Positions 9,612-17,839 are shown, numbered from the stretch's first letter. The stretch: 32,000 nucleotides of DNA from Coprobacillaceae bacterium (GCA_963675515.1 OY776328.1:1380001-1412000); one strand, 5' to 3'. Program-made: numbers and translations. Notes: generated by a model from the sequence alone, not told the origin.

Positions 9612-9793
9612 TTCTTACTTTTATTAACTGGTCGAGAACACTCGCGACTTTAGTCGTGGAGATGAATCGACTTTTTTGTGACTCTTTTCAACTGTGTTCT
9701 ATTGGCTACATATATTGTTAAAATTATGGACTAAAAGTGCTTTAAAGCTGTAATTTTTTGCAACCATATGTTAAAATGTATATGAGGTGATAA

Positions 9794-10198
9794 ATGATGG
9801 CTGATATTAATTACGGACGTGGTTACGTCTATTCGATTCAATACCATCTGGTCTGGTGTGTGAAATACCGTCACGATATTTTGACTGGTCAAGTTGACGA
9901 TGATGTCAAGAAATTGTTGACTAAGATTGCAGCTGATAATGACATAAATATCATTGAAATGGAATCGGATAAGGACCATATCCACTTGCTTATCGATTGC
10001 AAGCCCCAACACCATATTCCCAGTATGGTAAAAGCATTCAAAGGGTTATCTGCAAGATTTCTGTTCCAGCAACACCCTGAGCTTAAAAGTCGTCTATGGA
10101 AAGGTCATTTGTGGAATCCCAGCTATTTCGTAGCCACCGTTAGTGATAATACTCAAAAGTAGATAATAGATTATATAAAAACTCAGAAGAAGAAATAA
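9794..10198 (+). pseudogene. tnpA: IS200/IS605 Y1 (HUH) transposase TnpA with an in-frame TAG at 10160-10162
   Basis: YHLVWCVKYR and the HUH motif DHIHLLI are present. The ORF stops at ..YFVATVSDNTQK(TAG). The same frame continues IIDYIKTQKKK(TAA), which is the expected C-terminal helix holding the catalytic Tyr (residue 127 if read through). Confidence 0.75.
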
Positions 10199-10199
10199 G

Positions 10200-11348
10200 G
10201 TGATGATGATGTTGCACCATAAGGCATACAAGTTCAGGATCTACCCTGATAGTGTACAGGTAATACTGATCTGTAAAACGATCGGATGTGCCCGATTTGT
10301 CTACAATCACTTTTTGAATTTGTGGAATGAGGAGTATGCTGGTACTGGAAAGGGTCTGTCTTACAATTCCTGCTCCGCCATGCTTCCTCAGATGAAACGG
10401 GATGAAAATACACAGTGGCTAAAAGAAGTAGACAGCATTGCCCTTCAATCATCGGTGAAGAATCTCTCCGATTCATTCGCAAGGTTCTTCACTAAGCAAA
10501 ACAGCCACCCGCGATACAAGAGCAAGAAGAATCCGGTTCAAAGCTACACCACCAAGAATGTTAACAACAGTATTGCCGTAATTGGCAAGTCGATCAAGCT
10601 GCCTAAGTTAGGTCTGGTAAGATTCGCCAAGAGCCGGGAGATAAAAGGCAGGATCATTAAAGCGACTATCCGGAAAAATCCCAGTGACAAATACTTCATT
10701 GCCGTTGTTGTTGAAGAAAAGATCGAGCAATTGCCCAAAACGAATTCGACAGTAGGTATTGATCTTGGCATCCGTGACTTTGCGATATTTTCAAATGGTA
10801 GAAAAGTCGCTAATCATAAGTTTACCAACCAAATGGAAAAGAAACTTATCCGCGAACAGAAAAAGCTGTCAAGACGGGCGCTCCTTGCCAAAAGCAAAGG
10901 AATCAATCTTCTTGGAGCAAAGAACTACCAGAAACAAAGACGCAAAGTGGCAGGGCTTCATGAAAAAGTAATGAACCAACGCAATGACTTTTTGAACAAG
11001 TTGACAACCCAGATCATCAAAAACCACGATGTAATCTGCATAGAAGACTTGAACACATTAGGAATGTTGCGTAATCATAGACTGGCTAAAAGCATATCTG
11101 ATGTTTCCTGGGCATCATTTGTGGATAAGCTCATCTACAAGGCTGAATGGTATGGCAGAGAAATCATCAAGGTGGACCGCTGGTATGAGTCCAGCCAGAT
11201 ATGCAATAAATGTGGCCACAAGGATGGCAAGAAACCACTCCACATCAGGGAATGGACTTGTCCTAATTGTGGCAGTACCAATGACCGAGACATAAATGCA
11301 AGCAAGAACATCCTGAAAGAAGGACTGCGCATAATAGCATCAACATAA
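10200..11348 (+). CDS. tnpB: IS605-type TnpB (RuvC-like RNA-guided endonuclease family), apparently intact
   Basis: HKAYKFRIYP N-terminus. RuvC triad contexts VGIDLGIRDF, ICIEDLNTLG and NDRDINASKN. Zinc finger CNKCGH..CPNCG. The true start may be any of ATG 10203/10206/10209, after SD-like aaggtg. Confidence 0.85.
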   Translation: MMMMLHHKAYKFRIYPDSVQVILICKTIGCARFVYNHFLNLWNEEYAGTGKGLSYNSCSAMLPQMKRDENTQWLKEVDSIALQSSVKNLSDSFARFFTKQNSHPRYKSKKNPVQSYTTKNVNNSIAVIGKSIKLPKLGLVRFAKSREIKGRIIKATIRKNPSDKYFIAVVVEEKIEQLPKTNSTVGIDLGIRDFAIFSNGRKVANHKFTNQMEKKLIREQKKLSRRALLAKSKGINLLGAKNYQKQRRKVAGLHEKVMNQRNDFLNKLTTQIIKNHDVICIEDLNTLGMLRNHRLAKSISDVSWASFVDKLIYKAEWYGREIIKVDRWYESSQICNKCGHKDGKKPLHIREWTCPNCGSTNDRDINASKNILKEGLRIIAST

Positions 11349-11400
11349 ACAACTACTTAACCGTAGGGACTACGGGGATAGCTTGGTAAAGAAGAGAAAC
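11349..11400 (+). ncRNA. Upstream fragment of the IS605 right-end / putative TnpB guide-RNA (omega/reRNA) scaffold, cut off by IS3
   Basis: Non-coding tail after the tnpB stop with hairpin ccgtag-gga-ctacgg (11361-11375). Its continuation is found after the IS3 at 12615. No covariance model was run. Confidence 0.3.
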
Positions 11401-11429
11401 TGGAAAGTCAACACTTTTCTAGACAATTT

Positions 11430-12285
11430 TTATAAGGACATCCTGTATTGTACGGGTGTTTTGTAATTAAGGCTCCCATGCTTCCTTTTGTTGTTGAACC
11501 AGTTGACATAATCATACAGTTCCAATGACAATTCGTCGATACTGCGGAATTGTCGATTGAATGCGAATTCTGTTTTGAGTATTTTGTACATTGATTCTGA
11601 TACTGCGTTATCAATCGGTTTACCTTTTGCACTCAACGATCTCTTGATTCCATTCAATGCCAATATCCTATCAATCATCTCGTTTTTGAACTCTGAGCCT
11701 CGGTCTGAATGAAATACTTCGACATCACTTAAATCACTTTTTATATCGTTTAATGCCTTAATAACCAAGTTGGCGTCTTTGTTTTGACCACTAGATTTAC
11801 CAACGATTTCACGATTGTATAAATCTATTATCAGACAAATATAGTTCCATTTTCCAGCCACCTTGATGTAGGTCAAGTCGCTGGTTAAATATTGCATTGG
11901 CCGCTCTGCTTGGAATTTTCTATTGATCAGATTTTCAATATCGTCATTATTTACTTTGCCATAATGCTTTGGTCTTTGCTTGATGGTGTATTTACTGATC
12001 AAGCCGTATTTGTCCATGATTTGAGCAATTTTTCTTCTGCTGGCAACCATATTCAAATCATCCAGGTCATCTTTTATCTTGCGTGTTCCATAATTCTTCT
12101 TGCTGTTTTTGAATGATTTTATTACTTCATCTTCAAGCTTCGAATCCACTTTACGCCCTTTGGGTTTGTAGTAGAGAGTTGCCCGAGAGATTTTCAAGAC
12201 TTTGCACATAGCGCTGATAGAGTATTTGTGTTGATTTGCAAAGATTACTTGTCTTTTCGTCCCATTATCAGCGCCGCTTGCTTTA
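11430..12285 (-). CDS. IS3 OrfB (DDE integrase domain); made as an OrfAB fusion by -1 frameshifting
   Basis: The -1 frame is open from the heptamer at 12281-12287 (FKASGADNGTKRQVIFANQHKYSISAMCKVLKISRATLYY..). DDE contexts SDLTYI, HSDRGSEF and NAVSESMYKILKTE. The longest ATG-initiated ORF is 11430-12209. Confidence 0.8.
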
Positions 12286-12538
12286 AAATATCATTTTCCA
12301 TCTTCAGTCGTTCGTTTTCTTTTTGGAGCTTGATAAGTTCCTTGTCATGATCTGATCGATTGTCGGCTTCAGTAAACGAACCCGTATCATTGAATCGTTT
12401 AACCCATTTATTGAACGCTGAAGCTGTCAAATCGTATTCACGGATTATTTCCGCTCTGGGTTTCCCATTGTTGTAAAGTTGAACCATTTTGATTCTGAAT
12501 TCATCGGTGTAAGTACGTTTAGGTCTGCGTTTTGTCAT
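12245..12538 (-). CDS. IS3 OrfA (HTH DNA-binding protein with leucine-zipper-like tail)
   Basis: Start placed at MTKRRPKRTYTDEF, behind gtggaggat. The C-terminus ELIKLQKENERLKMENDILKQAA is typical of IS3 OrfA. Confidence 0.8.
   Translation of the reverse strand: MTKRRPKRTYTDEFRIKMVQLYNNGKPRAEIIREYDLTASAFNKWVKRFNDTGSFTEADNRSDHDKELIKLQKENERLKMENDILKQAALIMGRKDK
12281..12287 (-). other. Candidate -1 programmed frameshift heptamer T TTA AAG
   Basis: In the orfA frame the codons read ..att tta aag.., which fits X XXY YYZ. It lies 12 codons before the orfA stop, and the -1 frame is open from here into orfB. Confidence 0.5.
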
Positions 12539-12614
12539 TTTGAATATCCTCCACAAATTTAACAAGATTTTATCATGTCCTTATAATCTTGTCTAATTTA
12601 TTGTAACCTATCCA

Positions 12615-12697
12615 AACCGCTGATTATGGTGGATGCACCATAATCAAGTAAGCTCTGTTCCCAAGAATCCCGTGACTTTCAGTCATGGGAGGTTCAA
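12615..12697 (+). ncRNA. Downstream fragment of the IS605 right end / putative TnpB guide-RNA scaffold
   Basis: Perfect 10-bp hairpin gattatggtg-gatg-caccataatc (12622-12645) and the right-end hairpin (12669-12690), ending at TCAA 12694-12697. By analogy, the guide would be the flanking nucleotides from 12698 (agcggctatcaaaacg..). Confidence 0.35.
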
Positions 12698-13029
12698 AGC
12701 GGCTATCAAAACGGTGATTATGTGCTTCAAACCATAGCATTCACAATATTTTCGAGTCTGATTTTACTATGTCCAAATGCTTGATTATTCAATTGCCCTG
12801 TTGTTTGGCCTAAACAGTAAGCTTATTGTACCTGGGCACAAATAACATTGAATCGCAGACCATTGATAATAATATGTATTTTAGATAATATATTTTTATC
12901 AATTAGGGACAGAGATTTGATTGATACTCTTTAGCTCCCAACCAGATGGTTATTGGATAAATACTGCAAAAATCATCTGCTTATTTGATAAATTATTTCT
13001 AAAACATATTGGTTAGATGGAGGAACACA

Positions 13030-13713
13030 ATGTTTGTCGAATTAGGTTATAAAATATATGAAGACATGCCGGTCTATCCCGGTTTGCCAAAGGTGACCGT
13101 GGAACCCCGGGAGCAGATTGCCAAAGGGGATGGCTGGAACGGTTCGGTCCTGTCGATGTATCTCCATGCAGGCACCCATGCCGATGCGCCTTGTCACTAT
13201 GCCCAAGGGGCAATCGGAATTGACCAGATCCCGATCGAGAGTTTCATCTACGATCACCCGATTGTGATCACGACTCCATGGCAGGAAGATTACCTGATCA
13301 CCATCGATGACCTCAAGGCTATCGGTGATGAACTTTACCAGGCGGACATGATCTTCTTCAACACCGGACACTGGAAACTAAGGGCGAACAATTTCGATGC
13401 CTATAAGGACCACTTCCCGGCGCTCTCGCCAGAAGCGGCCCGGTTCATCCGGACTCAGTTGCCTAAAATCAAGGCGGTAGCGATCGATACGCTAAGCATC
13501 GAGAACCTGGCTCAGGGGGCGCAAAACGGTTATAAGACCCACAATGCTCTGTTGAACCCTTTCGATTTCAAGGAACGGACGTTGGTCATCATCGAGGACT
13601 ACAACCCGGAACCCCTGATCAACAAGTTGGTGATCAGCGCGTTTGCGACGCCCCTTAGAATCAAGGACAAGGATGCGACACCGATCAACGTTGTGGCAAA
13701 AATAGGAGACTAA
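13030..13713 (+). CDS. Cyclase-family protein (kynurenine/aryl formamidase-like metal hydrolase)
   Basis: Start placed at MFVELGY, behind RBS ggagg. The HAGTHADAPCHY motif (HxGTHxDxPxH) and the AIDTLSIE block are typical of Pfam cyclase/KynB-like proteins. Confidence 0.8.
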   Translation: MFVELGYKIYEDMPVYPGLPKVTVEPREQIAKGDGWNGSVLSMYLHAGTHADAPCHYAQGAIGIDQIPIESFIYDHPIVITTPWQEDYLITIDDLKAIGDELYQADMIFFNTGHWKLRANNFDAYKDHFPALSPEAARFIRTQLPKIKAVAIDTLSIENLAQGAQNGYKTHNALLNPFDFKERTLVIIEDYNPEPLINKLVISAFATPLRIKDKDATPINVVAKIGD

Positions 13714-13714
13714 A

Positions 13715-14866
13715 ATGACAAACAAATTCACAATCCCAAACACTTCATATTTTGGAGCCGGGGCACTGCAAAGTGCAATGGCAGACATATGCAAGCTGGG
13801 AAAAAAGGCATTGATCGTGGCAGGAAGTTCGATGATCAAACAAGGCCATGTGGCATTGCTTACAAATCAGCTGGCCCAAAACAATGTCGGACATTGCATC
13901 TTCAGTGAAATTTCCGGTGAGCCCACCGACACAATGATCGAGGCCGGTCTGGAAGTGTACAGAAAAGAGAACTGCGATTTCATCATCGGATTCGGGGGCG
14001 GAAGTCCTTTGGACTCGGCCAAGGCGATTGGTGCGCTGGCAACCAACGGCGGGAACATCACCGACTACAATGGCAAAGAGGTGCCTATCGCCCTGCCGCC
14101 GCTGGTGGCTATCCCGTCGACGGCGGGAACAGGTTCCGAGGTGACCCAGTTCACCATCATCACGGATACCAAAAGGTCAATCAAGATGCTTATCAAGGGG
14201 ACAAACTGTCTGCCGGATATGGCGGTGGTCGATGCCAACTTCACCATGGCCACACCACCAAGCATCACTGCGGCAACCGGACTTGATGCCCTGACCCACG
14301 CCATCGAAGCCTACACTTCAAAAAAGGCTTTCTCGATCACCGACCTGTATGCGATCTCGGCAATCAAACGGATATTCAAATATCTGCCAATCTGCTACAA
14401 AGACGGCAGCGATGTCAAAGCCCGCGAAGAAATGGCCATGGCGGCCTATGAGGCAGGGATCTGCATCAACAATTCATCGGTGACTTTGGTCCATGGGATG
14501 AGCCGGCCGATCGGGGCAATCTTCCATGTCCCTCACGGGATGTCCAACGCCATCCTTTTGAAGGAATGTCTTTCATTCGCTTTGGAAGGTGCCTATGACC
14601 GTTTTGCCAGACTGGCGCGCGAAATCGGGGTGGCCTCAACTCAGGAGACAGACGAGGCGGCGGCATTCAAGTTTCTGGCCGCGGTGGGGCAAATCTGCCA
14701 GGTCTTAAACGTACCTACCTTGGCCGGGTATGGAATCGACAAGGAAGAATTCTTCCAGGTCATCGACAAAATGGCGATGGACGGCTACAACAGCGGCAGC
14801 CCGTCGAACACCATCAGGGATATCACAGTCGAGGATATCAAGGAAATCTACCGCAAACTGTGGTAA
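13715..14866 (+). CDS. Iron-containing (group III) alcohol dehydrogenase
   Basis: 383 aa. GFGGGSPLDSAK, IPSTAGTGSEVT, the metal-ligand contexts TGLDALTHAIEAY, LVHGMSRP and HVPHGMSN are all present. The start is 1 nt after the cyclase stop. Confidence 0.88.
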   Translation: MTNKFTIPNTSYFGAGALQSAMADICKLGKKALIVAGSSMIKQGHVALLTNQLAQNNVGHCIFSEISGEPTDTMIEAGLEVYRKENCDFIIGFGGGSPLDSAKAIGALATNGGNITDYNGKEVPIALPPLVAIPSTAGTGSEVTQFTIITDTKRSIKMLIKGTNCLPDMAVVDANFTMATPPSITAATGLDALTHAIEAYTSKKAFSITDLYAISAIKRIFKYLPICYKDGSDVKAREEMAMAAYEAGICINNSSVTLVHGMSRPIGAIFHVPHGMSNAILLKECLSFALEGAYDRFARLAREIGVASTQETDEAAAFKFLAAVGQICQVLNVPTLAGYGIDKEEFFQVIDKMAMDGYNSGSPSNTIRDITVEDIKEIYRKLW

Positions 14867-14979
14867 ACCCATCATCACACAATCACGAAACAAATCCAAA
14901 AAAATATAAGGACAATCATGACTCGGCAGGTGGCCTGACCACGACAGGCAGAGTCAATGGAAAAAGAGAGGAAACAATT

Positions 14980-16305
14980 ATGACAGGCGAAGAAGTAGTA
15001 AGCAAACACAAGAAGTACAATTTACAATCATGGTCTAAACAAGGAAATCTAAACCCGATTGCCATTGAAAAGGCCGAAGGAATCTACATGTGGGATTATG
15101 AAGGCAACCGTTACAGCGACATGTCTTCACAGCTGGTAAACATGAACCTGGGATTCGGGAACAAGGAAATCGCGGAAGCTATCAAGGCCCAGGTTGACAA
15201 ATACTGTTTCGTGGCCCCAAGCTATGCGACCGAACCAAGATCAAAGCTCGCTGAGATGATTGTCAATCTCATGCCTGACAATATCGGCAAGGTGTTTTTC
15301 ACCAACGGTGGAGCCGATGCCAATGAAAACGCGATCAAGATGGCCCGACTTTTCACCGGACGCAACAAGATTTTCAGCCGTTACCGCAGCTACCACGGTT
15401 CATCTTTCGGGGCCGGTAACCTGACTGGAGAACCACGAAGGTTCGCCTTGGAACCGGGGGTTCCAGGATTCGTGAAATTCTTCGATCCTTATATGTACCG
15501 TGAAAAGCTGAAATTCGAAAGTGAAGAAGAGGCTACCGAATATTATGTTGAAAAACTCCGGGAACAGGTGATCTATGAAGGTGCGGATATGGTTGCGGCC
15601 ATCGTTATGGAAACAATCACCGGATCAAACGGAATCATCATTCCACCCAAGGGATACTTCCAAGGGGTCCGCAAGATCTGCGACGAGTTTGGAATCATGA
15701 TGATCTGCGATGAAGTCATGGCGGGATGGTGCCGGACCGGAAAAATGTTCGCGTTTGAAAACTTCGATGTCAAACCTGATATCGTGACTTTCGCAAAAGG
15801 AGTCACTTGCGGATATGTTCCTCTGGGTGGGGTTGCCGTTTCCAAAAAAATCGCGGCCTACTTCGATGACAACGTGCTTTCATGTGGCTTGACATACAGC
15901 GGTCATCCTCTTGGATGCGCTGCCGGTGTTGCCTGTGTCCAATACTATCAGGATGCCAATATCATGGAAAACGTGAACAAGGTCGGTGACATCTTGAAAG
16001 TGCAGCTGGAAATTCTTAGGGAAAAACATCCATGTATCGGCGATGTCCGTTCAATTGGTCTTTTCTCTTGTGTCGAACTGGTAAAAGACAAGGATTCAAG
16101 AGAAGCGCTGGTACCTTATGGGAAGGATCCCCAAGGTCTGATGGGCAAGATCATCGGATTGTTGAAGGCCCGCGGATTCATGACATATTCTCATGAAAAC
16201 ATGGTTTTCATCTGCCCGCCGCTGATCATCACCGAAGACCAGCTTAAAGAAGAAATGGTTAAATTCGACGAAGTAATGGCCATTGTCGACAAGGAAATGA
16301 TTTAG
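14980..16305 (+). CDS. Class III (omega-amine:pyruvate/2-oxoglutarate type) PLP aminotransferase
   Basis: Start placed at MTGEEVV, behind aaagagagg; the longer ORF start at 14860 overlaps the ADH end and has no RBS. FTNGGADANENAIK, ICDEVMAGWCRTGK and the PLP-lysine context DIVTFAKGV are present. Confidence 0.88.
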   Translation: MTGEEVVSKHKKYNLQSWSKQGNLNPIAIEKAEGIYMWDYEGNRYSDMSSQLVNMNLGFGNKEIAEAIKAQVDKYCFVAPSYATEPRSKLAEMIVNLMPDNIGKVFFTNGGADANENAIKMARLFTGRNKIFSRYRSYHGSSFGAGNLTGEPRRFALEPGVPGFVKFFDPYMYREKLKFESEEEATEYYVEKLREQVIYEGADMVAAIVMETITGSNGIIIPPKGYFQGVRKICDEFGIMMICDEVMAGWCRTGKMFAFENFDVKPDIVTFAKGVTCGYVPLGGVAVSKKIAAYFDDNVLSCGLTYSGHPLGCAAGVACVQYYQDANIMENVNKVGDILKVQLEILREKHPCIGDVRSIGLFSCVELVKDKDSREALVPYGKDPQGLMGKIIGLLKARGFMTYSHENMVFICPPLIITEDQLKEEMVKFDEVMAIVDKEMI

Positions 16306-16492
16306 TTGCATCATTTAGGTAACTTGATTTTTGAAATAAAATACACATCATAGCCATAAGGGGAAGAGCTGATAGCAACTTGGCAAAAAGTCTGCAGCAG
16401 GTTTTAACCATCAAAAATGATTTTTCTAGCTGGATTGAAAAGGACACAACAAGTCAACTCGTTATCTTGACAATCCCGGATAGACATTTGAA

Positions 16493-16522
16493 GGATTCCA
16501 GTCTAGGGCTGGAGTCCTTTTT
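16493..16522 (+). terminator. Rho-independent terminator candidate after the aminotransferase operon
   Basis: ggattccag-tctaggg-ctggagtcc (9-bp stem with one U.G pair) followed by ttttt. Confidence 0.55.
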
Positions 16523-16600
16523 CGATTATTGCGGTTCCAATCTCTGGGAATGAATGGATAAGCTATTTTGTGATTTGAATTTTAATAGGGGGAATTCGAA

Positions 16601-16705
16601 ATGGAAAATCAAAGAAATGTGAAATTGGATTTTAGAAAATTGGAAAGGCAAATAAATGCCGGCTCGATCGATTCGAATATGGCAGGGAAGGGGATGGTGT
16701 CATGA
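16601..16705 (+). CDS. 34-codon micro-ORF (MENQRNVKLDFRKLERQINAGSIDSNMAGKGMVS), function unknown
   Basis: ATG 7 nt after aggggg. Its TGA overlaps the ATG of the next gene (tcATGA). It is below the ORF-track length cut-off, and no homology could be assessed. Confidence 0.3.
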   Translation: MENQRNVKLDFRKLERQINAGSIDSNMAGKGMVS

Positions 16706-17817
16706 GTTCAGTTGTATTGAGTCCCAAAACAGTGGTGATCGGAACGGATGCCTTGCGCAAAAGTTCCAAATACATCATCGACTATGGCAAAAAGGCCTTT
16801 ATCGTCACTGACGAGAAAACCGCCAAAACCAAGGCGATGCGCGATTTGAAATGCTTTCTCAATGATTGCGATATCGGCTATTTCGAGTATGCCGGAATCA
16901 GGGGCGAGGTAGATGACAGCCAGATATCTCAGGGGCGCAAACTGTATGACTATGCCAAATGTGATTTTGTGATCGGGGCTGGCGGAGGAAGCGTCATGGA
17001 CGGTGCCAAGGGGATCGCCATCCCGGCAGACAATCCCCTCGCGTTCTACAAAAACAAGGAAGTGCCAGGCAATACGGCCAAGATTGTCGCTATGTTGAGT
17101 GTTCCGTTAGGTGGAACTGAGATAAACAGGTTCGCCCTGATTGGAGATTCGATGACCGAAACGAAGATGATGCTAAAAGGCGACGGACTGATACCTGAAC
17201 TGGTTGTCATCAATCCTCATTACAGTGTTACGGCCCCATTGGAAATCGTGATAGAAAGTGCCATGGAGACATTGGTACTGGCGATCGAATCTTTCCTGTC
17301 GACAAAGTCGAACGATATCTCGAATATCTATGCCATTCAGGCGATCAGGAAGGTTTTCGAATACCTGCCCAAGGCAATCGATGACTTTAACGACCTGGAG
17401 TGCCGGGAACAGCTCGCAGCAGCTGCATATCATGCCGGGATGGCGACAAACAACACAAGTGCCGGGCTGATAAGCTCGATGGCGGTGCAGCTGGGCTCAG
17501 TATGCAACTTGCCTAAAAGTAAGGCTAATGTCCTGGTCATGTTGCCTTGTCTTGAATATCTTGCCCGGGAACTCAAAGACGAGTTCAGACTTCTGGCAGG
17601 TTCAATTAAAAAAAGAAATTTTATTGACGAATTGCGCCAGTTGTTTGATTCTTGCTCATTGACAGGTTATAATGGGCTAAACATCAAAGAGGCGGATCAG
17701 GAAAGCAATATCACGAGGATGGCTTATGAAACCTTGATGACGGGTGGTTTTTCCAATCTGGGGGTGACCCTGTCACAGGATATCCTGGTGGAAATATTTC
17801 ATGACTGTCTAATATGA
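16702..17817 (+). CDS. Fe-ADH-fold protein lacking the metal-ligand tetrad (possible pseudoenzyme)
   Basis: 371 aa, collinear with the ADH at 13715. GAGGGSVMDGAK is retained, but the ligand contexts read SAMETLVLAIESF, LISSMAVQ and NLPKSKAN. Confidence 0.8.
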   Translation: MSSVVLSPKTVVIGTDALRKSSKYIIDYGKKAFIVTDEKTAKTKAMRDLKCFLNDCDIGYFEYAGIRGEVDDSQISQGRKLYDYAKCDFVIGAGGGSVMDGAKGIAIPADNPLAFYKNKEVPGNTAKIVAMLSVPLGGTEINRFALIGDSMTETKMMLKGDGLIPELVVINPHYSVTAPLEIVIESAMETLVLAIESFLSTKSNDISNIYAIQAIRKVFEYLPKAIDDFNDLECREQLAAAAYHAGMATNNTSAGLISSMAVQLGSVCNLPKSKANVLVMLPCLEYLARELKDEFRLLAGSIKKRNFIDELRQLFDSCSLTGYNGLNIKEADQESNITRMAYETLMTGGFSNLGVTLSQDILVEIFHDCLI

Positions 17818-17839
17818 ATAAAAGAAAGAGGGGTTGGCA

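Larger units (their letters stand above)
11401..12614 (-). mobile_element. IS3-family insertion sequence (1214 bp) nested in the IS605 right end
   Basis: The ends are TGGAAAGTCAACAC...TAGACAA..TATAAGGACAT (11401-) and the reverse complement of 12614, TGGATAGGTTACAA...TAGACAA..TATAAGGACAT. These are TG...CA termini with roughly 40-bp imperfect IRs. 3-bp direct repeat AAC at 11398-11400 and 12615-17. orfA/orfB arrangement. Confidence 0.85.
9619..12697 (+). mobile_element. IS200/IS605-family element (tnpA + tnpB) carrying a nested IS3; the ends are approximate
   Basis: The left-end hairpin ctcgcgact-tt-agtcgtggag (9641-9660) and right-end hairpin tcccgtgact-ttc-agtcatggga (12669-12690) are related imperfect palindromes, as expected for Y1-transposase ends. 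TTAC (9615-9618) precedes the proposed left end and TCAA (12694-12697) closes the right end, matching the IS608 paradigm. Confidence 0.55.

Noticed and set aside
14860-14979. A 40-codon N-terminal extension of the aminotransferase (MVNPSSHNHETNPKKYKDN..)
   Set aside because: It overlaps the ADH stop region, has no RBS and is compositionally odd. A good RBS and the family-typical N-terminus begin at ATG 14980. Similar reasoning trims the starts at 5150, 13009, 20056, 26679/9084, 27497/8266, 12565 and 29437.
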